NCBI GenBank assembly: GCA_973895155.1
Contig: OZ316895.1
Coordinates: forward strand, 5,459,181-5,523,180
Origin: Marsupella aquatica
Taxonomy: Eukaryota; Plantae; Marchantiophyta
Reading direction: 5' to 3'
Length of the DNA stretch: 64,000 bases
The position numbers and the translations under genes were made by a program. A model generated the notes under the pieces. It was not told the DNA's origin and made no database searches. It saw only the letters and a program-made list of their open reading frames with translations. Shown one piece after another: positions 1 through 11,391 of this stretch (its first letter is position 1; every line of letters starts with the position of its first letter).

Positions 1-1507
1 TAGGGAAAATTAAATTGATGAGAGGATCTGGTCTCCTCCAAGCATAATTCAATTTCTCTCTAAAGCTTCTCTCTGTCATTCTCAACAAATATTCTCCCTC
101 CCTTCAAAATCCAACTTTTGGCATCCACTGCTAGTTCATCAAAACTATTTTCTCAAAAGTAAGAAAGTTCTCAGTTAAGACAAAAGTATGTCGATCAGGA
201 CAAAAATGAAGTATTTAGCTTTAAAACTCATGATTCTACCCCTTTAAAAACAAATTGGAACTTGGATTGAACAATTTAACACTTTTGAGTAATTTAGAGA
301 GTTTACTCATCTCTTTGACAATAAATCAAAAATTGATCAAAGAGATAAAAAAACAAAACACAGAGAACATAAAACTTTTGAGTTTGGACAACAAGAAAAG
401 CTTTTCAAGCTAAGGTCTACAAGACTTTGAACTCCGTCACCACTTCTTAAGAAAGAATTCTGGCATGCTTTAAGACGTTACGAGTCAAAAGTAAATCTTG
501 CAAAAACTGTTCTTTTCTCATCATCAAAAGTTCTCATGAGAGAAAGTTCTAGTGCTCACTACAACCACAACATATTTTTGGCTACAATTGCAGTGAAGTG
601 ACATTAAACGCCGGCAACATGGTTTATTCATCAGCGATACACAATTCAGAATAAACACTAATGCACAACGGTGAAAAATAGCAGTACTTAACGTCATGAG
701 CAAAACTCTTGCTTCTTGCAAACAAAAGATATATTTTCAATGATGAATATTAATTAAATGGGGGAGAACATGAACACAGTGTTTTCTTCATCGGTCTGAA
801 CAATGTTGTTGACTGGTCCTTCTTTGGCAAGATTGATATGGCTATTAGGACACAAAAGCGTAATCCTGGCTTCCCGCCTATCACTCATGAGATGCTTAGC
901 GTCCTCTGGCTTGACCAACGCCAACGCATGTATCAAGGTAACACTACCCAGATTCCATTGCATCACATTCTTCATGGAGTTTCTGTGAATTAACATTCAT
1001 GTAGTGTGCAATAGGCCATCTAGCTGGACTCCCGAGTTGTACTCACTGAGATGACTGACAGAGCCATTGTGACTACTGGTAACAATTTTGGTAGCATTCA
1101 CAATGTGGGAGTCTAATTGTAGCTTGTGTCACCAACATTTCCATCATAGGGAGGCGCTTTAACATGTTTGTAGTGTGGATTTGCATTATTTATCATCAGC
1201 TTTTAAACCGCCACTGTCCACTGCAAAAACCTGGTTATACCAGATTGCTTAATATAGAAGATATTTCAGGCCCGGGCATTCCCAACTGTTTCTGGCAGGT
1301 CACTTTTTGGCCCGGTCAGCTCTACACCTATCCCAGTGTCCCTACTCGTTTTACGGAGGGGGGTGAGTTTCAGAAGCCTAGGTGGGCAAGTCCTCTCGCC
1401 CATGATGCACCAGAGTCCAGAGCAGAGTCATGCTTTTCCTCCTCCCATGCTGCGTGTGTAAACCGTTGCAGAGTCAATCGATCCTTTTCCTCCTCCCATG
1501 TTGCGCG

Positions 1508-1849
1508 AGTACGAGTCGTTTGCACCCCAGCCTCGTTTTGGCTTATATCCACAACAATTGTCTGCTGTCCCATTGCTGTGCTTTGCTGCCCGGCATGGTA
1601 ACTCCATCGCCAGACTGTGGAGCTCGACGAGGTGTACAAATGGTTGCCGTAGATGGTGATTCTGTGATTGAGGTTGGAGTTTAGGACGATGAGGGTTCGG
1701 TTCACTTGGCCATCCGCCTCTTCCCAGAAAGCATAGATACCCCCTAAGCCTGTTGCCACTACGAGCACATCCCCTAAATCATCGATCACCAATCCCCTAG
1801 CTCCTGTCACATTAGCTGCCCAGATTTCTATTTGGAATGGAGAGAACAT
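1508..1849 (-). pseudogene. Truncated PQQ-dependent sugar dehydrogenase (glucose/sorbosone dehydrogenase, AA12-like beta-propeller) fragment
   Basis: The translation FQIEIWAANVTGARGLVIDDLGDVLVV...NLNHRITIYGNHLYTSSSSTVWRWSY...QTIVVDISQNEAGVQTTRT resembles the N-terminal blades of L-sorbosone/AA12 dehydrogenases (xRGL-D-GD-LV, LNHGI, LYASS-V-RW-Y, GHxTRT). Similarity ends after TRT, at a 60-bp tandem duplication (~1430-1510). The frame upstream of 1849 is disrupted. The family call is from motif recall. Confidence 0.6.
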
Positions 1850-2160
1850 GGCGATTCCACTATTCGTTCAGCCAAGCACAAGTAGAATCCCCCATGTTGA
1901 TTACAACAACTTTTCAAGCCCAGCCCACTCACAAACCTCCATGGCTATGGCAGCAGCCCACCAGGGTAACAAACCATGGCTAATAAGGCATTCATGCAAA
2001 CCAAATCCTATTTGCTAAACCCAACATGCTTTTTGGCGGACCCAGCTTGTATTGTGGAGCCTGGCTGGGGCTACGGGCTCTGGCTGGGAGGCAGGAGCTA
2101 AGCCTTTGTTGGGCACCTCGTGAGTGAGAAAATGACCTGACCGTTATTTGGCGCTAGCGG

Positions 2161-2168
2161 TATTTATA
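2161..2168 (-). promoter_or_regulatory. Candidate TATA box (TATAAATA) upstream of the dehydrogenase pseudogene
   Basis: Plus-strand TATTTATA at 2161-2168 reads TATAAATA on the minus strand, ~310 bp upstream of the ORF ATG at 1849. Confidence 0.35.
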
Positions 2169-2189
2169 CGGACAGTGGCGGTTTAAGGA

Positions 2190-2399
2190 CATTGTCACTA
2201 AAGATATTTGAATTTACAATATTGCCACTGTTTTTATTGTATTTCCAAATATGCCACAGTTTTCATATATAGTTCCCCTGGTTACATTGGTGATGTTGTT
2301 GTCCATGTGCAAAATAGTGGCATATTTGTAAATACAAAAACATATGTGGTAATATTGTCAACTAGAATATCTTTAGTGGCAAAGTACTTAAAAGTTGTA
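2190..2399. mobile_element. AT-rich hairpin MITE (family A)
   Basis: Imperfect inverted repeat: ACATTGTCACTAAAGATATT...AAATATGCCAC pairs with GTGGCATATTTG...AATATCTTTAGTGGCAAAGT. It ends in TTAAAAGTTGTA. Homologous copies occur at 40556-40965. Confidence 0.7.
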
Positions 2400-2452
2400 T
2401 TGATCATACTCTCAACCTTAGGTATTCAAATGCACTACATATTGCTAATTGA

Positions 2453-2744
2453 ATGATTCTTGGCCTCATAGGACCACTTGCTCTAGTAATTCTCCGGGCT
2501 GGGGGAGGGAACTGTGCACCCCATCTCCAAGATTAGTTGTTAGACTCATGTTATGTCTATTAATAAGTGGTTGAACCTGATCCATTCTAGGCCCAACATG
2601 ATTCCTGGCCTCATAGGACCACTTGCTCTAGTAATTCTCCGGGCTGGGGCGGACGGAACTGTCCACCCCATCTCCAAGATTAGTTGCTAGACTCATGTTA
2701 TGTCTGTTATAGATGGTTGACCCTGATCCATTCTAAGCCCAACA
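2453..2744. repeat. Tandem duplication, ~145-bp unit x2
   Basis: The unit ATGATTC(T/C)TGGCCTCATAGGACCACTTGCTCTAG...CCATTCTA(G/A)GCCCAACA starts at 2453 and again at 2598. Confidence 0.9.
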
Positions 2745-5700
2745 TTTTTAGTGGGTGATCTTGTGGCCTGTTTGGGTGGCTTCCGGATTGAGCTGTGGCT
2801 CTCCGTTGGATTGTGGTTTGGCCTTCGGGTTTGTTTCTCTCTATGCCCTGCCATTTTTCACTGCAGTGAACCTTGGAATTCAATTGGTTCATTCCCCTAT
2901 AAAAAGCATATATAGTAAAGTTCAAATGGGGATCAAAAGGAAACAATGTGGGAGGTTGAGTGTGACTTTACAAAAAGTGGGGGCACTTTCATTGCTTTTC
3001 TACCAAAGCTAATCTTTCAGCCCATTCACATACTAAAGATAGTGTCCCTAAACGAGAGTTTGGAGTTGTTTGATGGCCCTTGACATCTTATAAAGGGAAC
3101 TACACCAAGTGACGGGGAAACCACTCCACCCTAAAAGTCACACCATTCTTTGGCTAGAGCCTTTCTAGCTTACTTTGATGGGAGAATGTCTGAGAGTACC
3201 TATGGGTCCACTTTAAATGGAAAAAAACAGAAAAGCAATAGTAATAGACCAAGCAGCTGAATCAACAGAGGTGATCATTTTGAGCTGAGGATTGCCTTTA
3301 TCTCCAGGAGATCTTCATTGCCTTAGTCTCCGAGAAGAGAATAGAGAATTTGGGTTTAGGGTTTAGGGTCTCCCATAAAGTCACACTAAAAATCTTGGAT
3401 AATTTCTAAGAAAACAAGAACAAAAACCAAATGGAGCTTTCTGATTGGTTAGAGGAAGAAAGTTTGAATTTCAATTTGATAGGCAGGGGACAGATGGTCT
3501 TGGAAAGGAGAAGGTGGAAGGGAATAGAGCATAGATTTAAAAGACATTATGTTCTGTAAATATCAAAATTGGATTTAAAAGACCCTAATGTTTTTCCAAG
3601 AAAATCCTTAAATCTTTCCTTTGAACCAATAAAATGATCATATTCTTCATTGCACATGATGTGCCATTATTTTTGTGGAAGTGAAACCCACAAGGGGTGC
3701 AATCCGGGCCTATTGCAGTCCCCTGCGAATTCATAAACTGTTTTTTTTAATCTTGTAAAATTTCTTTTTTCTTGTCCGCCCTCAATACACTTTGTGGCGG
3801 GCTTTGGGGTCCAGTGGAAACCTGGGTTCCTGCTTATGAATTCATGTGCAAACCTTGGTCCCTAATTCCATGTAGGATGGGTAGAACTTTAGAAGAAAAT
3901 TGCCCCCAATGTTTTGTAAAATGAACTGAAGCAACACCTCCCAAATGGATGGGCCCTATCACATCTTGGAGACCAGAGAAAACAGGAAACTGTACCTCAT
4001 GTCTTCGGGGATGTCTTGTAAGACCACCCTGAATTCCGCCCTGAATCAGCTAGCCAAAGAAAATTTCCCCCACCGCTGAAAGGATAAAGGAAAGTCGACT
4101 CACCTCAAAAGACCAGGCAAGGCGGGAGGGGGGGGGGGGGGGGCGGTGTTCACAAGCAAACTTGCATAGCCAGTTATCTCACAAAAATTACCTATGTCAC
4201 CAGGCATTCAAGGGTTGAGGATGTAAAATATAGGGCGATGGTCAAACTTTTGAGTTGGCCATGAATGATTGAACACCATTATACACTGTTTGAAAAGGTC
4301 AATGAGAGGTAAGAGTGAGGGGGATTTGGATTTTCATGTAGTACACTATGATTGCGTAAAAAATCCTGGCATAGAGGTAAGTTTGCATGGAGGGGAGTCA
4401 GGAGGGGATGTGGCGTGCCAGTTTGGTGCCTTGTCCACCAACTTTGTCACCAGATTGCCAGTTTTTTGTGAAATGCTGCCACTGAATGGCCCATAAAGTA
4501 CAAGAAGCTGCGAAGTATTTAAACTCAATGTTCAACTCTGAGCCAAAATGTCATAAATCCCAAGCTAGTTTCATATTTTACACGAGCAATGGGTTTGGGA
4601 TGAAAATCCCATGTAAGCTTAGAGCAGTCGCATAGATTGTGAGGCCTATGGCTGCTATCGGCAAACTTTTCAAGCTCCTTGACAGGCATGGATTGTCACT
4701 CAGGGCATGGTCAGGGTTGGGTTTGGACCGGTTTGGACCGATCTCAAAGGGTACTGGACTCTTAAACCTCCACAGTCCATTTTCGAAACCTGGCTGGATC
4801 CAATTCACAATAATTAGGCAATAATGTTATGAATGATATAAAAAAATTGGGAGAAAGTGACTATTTTGTACTCACAACTGCACGGAATGTGGTGGTTAAT
4901 AATAGCTCACAAAAAAGGCAAGCATATGCAAAACATTGCCGTTGGCCTGCTTGTTATTAGTAAAATGCACACTCAAACAAAAACAGAAACGAAAGGAAAG
5001 TATTGGCCCTGTGAATTGATGCCACATGTCCACCATCTACTGCTCTAACAACACCGTCCTACTGTGCCTAGTTTCACGGAGACAGGGAAAAAGGCAATAA
5101 TTCTCATAAATGAAGATTGCGCCGAAAAAGGCACAATAAAGTACAACCGAGTAAAAGTAAAAGTGGTCGGATGACAACCACGAAACTCAAAAGAAGAGAG
5201 AGCAAGCAAAATACATACACGGAGCTAGAAACAAAAGATGAGCTCAATGCAATTTTTCACGTGGGTTTGAACATACAGCTTGTGTATAAGGTATTTATTT
5301 ATTTCCTGTACTGTAGAAGATTCTAAGAACATTCACTTGACATACGTTTCATATATTAATTTTTTGCCCCAAGATTTAATTAAATGCCATCAGATTCTGG
5401 CAAATGAAGTCTGAGGCTGGACGGAAAACAGGCCAATTTTAGCCAAAAGAGGTCAATACCTTCTAGCTGAGTAGAATTTGGCTAATTTTGCAATTATTAG
5501 AAAATCGACCGGTTCCATTTCCCAAAAATACCCTGGTTGCATTATTTCCCCAAAATGGATTGGACGCGAGGCACCTTCATAAATTTTTCCACAACTAGGG
5601 AGCACATGGCAGTATAAGGCTACCTTTTCCAGTCTTCTAAGGAAAGGAATCTGACAGGCTTTAATAAACTGCTGGGTCTCGTCTCCCTTGGGACTCATCA

Positions 5701-6737
5701 GTCATCACACTGTTTGCCATCATTGTGGTAGCAACATGAGCGGGAGATTCATCAAACTGTCACACTGATTGGGGTCACGCAGGCCCACAAAATCTCTCCA
5801 GATCACCAGAACCCAGCAGAGAGCTTCAGAGGTGTACAACACTAGAGTACAGACAGCCAGACAGAGAAAAGGATACAGAGGATCAGTGGAGACTCAGGAA
5901 TCAGGGCTCGGGACTCAGCTGCCAGGGCTGGAAGAGAAGACAACGAGTGGAATCCGACAGCATCAGCTCTGACTGGGCTGCCTGTGCCGTAGGAGCAGAG
6001 GAGAGAACCTCCCAAAAGGATAGAGAGGAGCAGCATCTCATCAGATCGGGAGACCCACTACCCAGCTGCCAGGAAACGAGAAACAAAGAGTGGGAGCCGC
6101 AAGCACCAAGTTAGTGTGTTACAGCACCAGGTCAGGACTCGGCTGCCTGGGCGCTTGGAGTATACGAGAGAACCTCCCCACTTTTCCAGTTAGACTGCTC
6201 TTTAGTTAAGGGCCAGAATCAATTCCCAGTGGGACTCGTCACTCGTAAGCTACCAGGAAGTGGGAGATGGCCAGTCTGTCGAGGATGAGAAGGATGTGAT
6301 AACTCTTCAGTTACCTTTTAATAGGCGGTACCTCACCTCGATAGCCGTGCGAGGCTGCAAGCTGTCCGTCAAAGACACCGCAGTGCTGTGAGCCTGTGAG
6401 CCCTGTTCATTCGCTCTCCTCACAAGGGAAAGCAAGAGGCAAGGCAAGGCAAGGCAAGGCAAAGAGGAGTCTCGTGAATGCTGTCATTGATCAGCTTTCC
6501 ACTCAGGAGTGTGGAAGGGCGTGTGAGTGTCAGGTGCGAGTGTGAGGGGAGGTATTAAATGGGTAGTGCATGTCACGGAGCTGGACTGAAGAAAACCCGT
6601 CTTTAAGGCTCTGACCGTCCCCGCCATTCTTGAGTGGGAGCTTCATCGAGGCAAGCTTCTGACTTCAAGGCCATCTTTCTCTACAGCTGAGGCGAGGTTA
6701 GATCGGAGGGAGCTGGAGTGGAAATTGAGAGGCAGCG

Positions 6738-9181
6738 ATGGTGTCTAGTGGGCGGAAGAGCTGCCCTGTGGGCAGTGGCAGCTGCAGCAGGAGCATGTTG
6801 TTCTCCGCAGTATTTGTGGCATTGCTGGTGATGGGTGCAGCCGCGCAAAGCACCTCTCTGGAGCCGCTTCTCTTCGATAACAACTTCAACGTTTTGTACG
6901 GGTCGGGGTCTCTCATCGAAAGGACTTACGATGGGCGTGCCGTCAGCCTGTCGATGATCGAAAGATCAGGTATGTGGAACGCTGCCCTTCCACCGGGTCT
7001 ACTTCTACAAATGATCTGTAGGAGAAGCCAGCTGTCCTGTCTCAAGTTCTTCTGTCGTTCTGGTTTTCGTGGGAAATTATTTGGGCGGGTTGTTGAGCTG
7101 TGGAGGCAATCCAAAACCTTGAGCTTGGATAGCGATGTTTTTTTTCCTGCTTGCACGTTTGAGCTATGGAGATAAAAACCCACATCTTTAGCAAGGAGAT
7201 TCCCCAATCTGTGGAAGGCACACTTGAGCTGAGGAGTCGCTACGTCGTCAATCGGTGAGCAGCGCTGTGGAGACAGTCCCAAATATGCGGTACAATGGAG
7301 CTGTGGGTACTGTAGTCTACATTTGGAATGTACAGTTGAGCTGTGGAAACAGCTGCCAATCTTGAGCGTTGAGGAAGTGAGAACGATCAATGGCACGTTC
7401 TTCACATGGATCTGGGATAATTGTAGGTCTTGGTATCCAACCAGCTAGTCTCTACGTGCCCGCGTGCATCGTCCCCATGTTTTAGAGATTGTTGAACCTG
7501 CAGTGGTTGTTTACGAGTTCTGTGGGACATACATGACTTTGGCGAGGGTCCCGGAAGCGATGTGATGCATCCTACGCATTTCAGTCCTGTATCTCCTCTC
7601 ATGGTACTGATCCATCGGCTGGTTTAGCTGCGTCCTGACTATAGACGTCGTCTGTCTGGAGTCCACATGCTTCCGCTGCATCTGTCCTGGGGTGCAATTG
7701 TAGTGGAACCTGTTTCTCTGAGTGGAATTTGGGACCTTCATCTCGAGGCACTACCTACCAGTGGACGATGTTATTAGCGAGGTAGACGCTAAGCAACGCG
7801 TTGGTCTGTTCTATCTGCAGGGTCTGGCTTTCAATCGAGGGATCCGTTCCTGTTCGGGCAGCTGAGCCTGAAAATCAAGCTGGTGGCTGGTGACTCCTCT
7901 GGTGTGGTCGTCTGCTTCTATGTGAGTGTTGTCCCTTCCAAATTGTATTTGTACAATTACATCAGTCAGCTGTATGCATGCTTTCTGCTGTTCGGGATGA
8001 TTGAGTCGGAAGTTTGAAGAATGTTTGCTGATTAAGTAGGGGCTCTCCTGGACGTGGGTAGTTTTCAGTCCGTCATCTTCGTTAGTGTAAGGCATTCGGT
8101 CACGTTTGATTGTAGAAAACGCCCACTGGTGTATTAGTGTCGTGACTTACGATTCTGTGGGGAAGTGGGCTATCATTCTCCAGATTCAATCTCAGTTTAG
8201 AATACTTCGAAAGATACGTGGCCCTAGCCAATTTAATGTAGATGGTGAAGGTCAGGTCCATGTTGCTCCATCCACCGTAATATCCATTTTGATCAAGATG
8301 TTCGCTTTTCTGGTATTTTACGCAGACTCACTCCATGACTGAGAATCACGACGAGTTCGACTTCGAGTTCTTGGGGAACAAATCCGGAGAACCCATCATT
8401 CTCCAAACCAATATCTACTCCAATGGTGAAGGCGGCCGAGAGGAGAGGGTTGAGCTGTGGTTCGACCCTACCGAGAAGTTTCACACCTACACAATTCTTT
8501 GGAATCACGACATAATCGCGTAAGTTGCTTCTATCTTTTCTGGCTTTCAAGTGAGTTGATTTCCGTCATTACTTTGACATCTTGTGGTCATTGAGAGGTT
8601 AGATTTGACCATCACTCACCCGGTGCATAAGAGACTTTTTGTGAATACTAAACCAGGGTAGTGACTTTTCGGCGAAAATTATATAAAAGAGATTGTGGCA
8701 AATGTACTTCGAGAAGTCGGTTTGGCTGGCCCAGGAATACTAAACAGGAACTTGTTTAATGTTTTGCAGTTTCTATGTTGATTCGGTTCCCATCCGAGTG
8801 TTGAAGTATACTCCTATCACCAAGAAGTTTTACCCCAAGTTTAAGCCAATGTGGGTATTCACAAGTATCTGGAATGGAGATGACTGGGCTACTCGAGGAG
8901 GGCTGGATAAAGTGAACTGGACCAATTCTCCCTTCGTGACCCATGTCAAGGACTTCAAATTGAACGGCTGTGTGTATGATGGAAAGCGTGCTGCCCCGGA
9001 GTGTACTTCTCCTCTTTTCACCGGCACTTGGTGGAGCACTCATGACGACCTTAATTCGGTGGAGATGAGGAAGCTGGAATGGGTACGAGAAAACTACCTT
9101 GGCTATAATTACTGCAAGGACACGGAGCGTTATGGACCCACACTTTTAGAAAAGTATCCAGAGTGCAACGACAACTATTGA
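6738..9181 (+). CDS. XTH: Xyloglucan endotransglucosylase/hydrolase (GH16 + XET_C), 312 aa
   Basis: Exons 6738-6969, 7821-7921, 8326-8519 and 8770-9181 are all GT-AG and total 939 nt in frame. The 101-nt and 194-nt middle exons are the classic XTH structure. Motifs: GSGFQS..F.FG, catalytic [10 protein letters not shown] followed by the NKS sequon, [23 protein letters not shown], and C-terminal YNYCKD..R..PEC. A signal peptide-like stretch starts at the second ATG, 6795 ([17 protein letters not shown]). Confidence 0.97.
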
Positions 9182-11391
9182 TTCATCTCACCCCGCTCGA
9201 TATTGGCAAATTCGGTGACGTTTGTCACCCTATTCTTACGTTTCAATCCACTTTTTAAGGTCTTTAGGACTGACAGAATTCACGGTGGATCCCTTCGTTC
9301 TGTGCGTGGGAGGAAGGGGGGATAACAACATGCAAAGACCTAATATCTTCTCGTGGAGAGAAGTGAGAACCGACAGGTTTACTGCAGCTATATTACTAGT
9401 GAATGAACGATATGTATAGATTGAAGGAAATTCTGAGTTCTGCTAACATCAGTGTCTCTAGTTATGCTAACACCCTGAGTTCTGCTAATATCAGTATCTT
9501 TCGGGGAAATTGATGTGGGGTGAACTTGGTAATTACAACGAATTCCAGAGGATATTCCAGGTAGCTTTTGGGGACGAACACTTCTTTTAATTTCTGGGAA
9601 GGTTTTCGCCAAGTCAATTTGCTGGGATGAACGGTCCAATGTGGACTATTGACGCCTTGGAGAAACGTCATGTAAACATTTATTATAGACCTAATTGATA
9701 GGTCTAAACGTAATTTAAAAGTTCAGCCTCACTTTGGTCTAGAGAGTTTATCTACAAGCCATTGTTGAGGATCATTTGACAAGGATGTGCAGTAGTTGAT
9801 CGAAAACATTGTCATTAGGGAATCCGATGCTGTGATAGTAGCTAAGACGTGAGCAGTAGGGTAGCGACAACGGCTACTACAGTACTGTGGACTGCATAAT
9901 GTTATGTTATGTTACGAGCAGAGCACCTGTTGAAATTATGAATCATTACTGTCGATTGCTGTACGACGTGGACATTTTAGCCTTGGCACCGACTCTATGC
10001 TTTCGACATCATGCCTTGTACCGACGAATCTGCACGCAATGTTACATTTCGAATCGTATATGAATCGGACTAATATCGGATTTCCAGATTCCTGGAACGC
10101 AGTGTTGCCTGCAATTATCTGATGCTCCTTTCTCAGTATCTTAATTGTTTCTTCAGACTTCCCATCTCCGCCTCGAATCCCTGAGGTAAGAACCATTTCG
10201 TCAGAGAATACAAATTATCCCAAATCTTCCAAGTCCGCAATCTCTTGCATAGTGTTTGATGTCAGTACCCTTAAGATCTCAGCGCGATTATGAGCATAGT
10301 TTGGGAAATGCATTCCCACGCATTGGAGAATGTCTCTCTAGTATGCAGTGATCAATCTTGAAAGTCTGGTGTAAAATACCAGATACGTCTTTTCCGAGAA
10401 TTCCATGGTTGTCTTCCTCCAACGAGAAGGGTTGAATGAGGGAGAGCGATCTCAAAATATATGTTACAACGCCATGCGTCTATGGAGGCGAGGGAGTTGA
10501 TTTTCACTCAACATTTAAGTCACTTGCAATCTAATCCAAAAATCGTGGCATGTTTTTCTCGTATGCTTTCCCGCCGTCCCACGCAAATCAGCCATGAGCG
10601 TTCCTTGCTGAATTGGATTTACTGAACCGGTTAGATGTGATCCATTTCGGAGCTCTCGGTCGTTGCTTCTGAAGTTAGCCCAGAGGCCCAGAAATTGTTG
10701 AGGGACCATGGAATTTTTACACGTCAGACTTACCCTATATACACCCAAGCAGATACGGACTACTGCTTTGATTCATACTATCACATTGTGTCAATGTGCA
10801 GTAAGCACGCCTGGAGATTAGTTGTTGAATGATCATGATGGACTTCAGCAGTTAGAGTTGGTCCGAGAAGGCCCACAATTCTTTGAACAAGTACACTAGA
10901 CCGGGGTCAATTGGAAGGGGGTTATCAAGATCCTACTGTACATGCTCGGCCATGACTAGCGTCTGAACCGTACTAGGCTAAAGCACAGGAAGGAGGACAT
11001 GCCCGCGAACATCTCGGTTGACAAACAAACCGTTACAAGAACTGGTTGGTGTTATTTTCTCTCAAATCTGTTGTGTAGACTGTACGCATAAGACAAGAGG
11101 AATAAGCACAAGATTGGATTCGGCAGGGCCTTCCTCAACTCGTGGCAGGACAGTGATGGCATCCAACGCTTCCTTTTAACAAGGTGGCAACAAAATTCAT
11201 GTTTTCTGTCTGAAGAATGTACTCCAATTCAGGTTTCGTGTCCTTCGAGAATAATTTCAAAGAGTTTCACCTTGAGAGATATTAGTATCCGGTATACTTC
11301 TCGTGACAAGTTAAGTTTCGAAAATTCGGTCTCCCAATGGCCTGAAGAAGGAAGTCCTGCACCTCACTGTTCGTACTTGTGGGCAAAGAAC

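Noticed and set aside
3355-3368. Telomeric TTTAGGG repeats (also ~55940)
   Set aside because: Only two copies each, which is too short to call an interstitial telomere.
3700-4800. Possible degenerate LINE reverse-transcriptase tail (minus strand)
   Set aside because: Only vague, frameshifted similarity (KLVDK..NW, AIIVYYM) and no diagnostic RT motif.
6926-8095. Minus-strand ORFs within the XTH gene
   Set aside because: They are antisense to XTH exons and introns, show no motifs, and are likely spurious.
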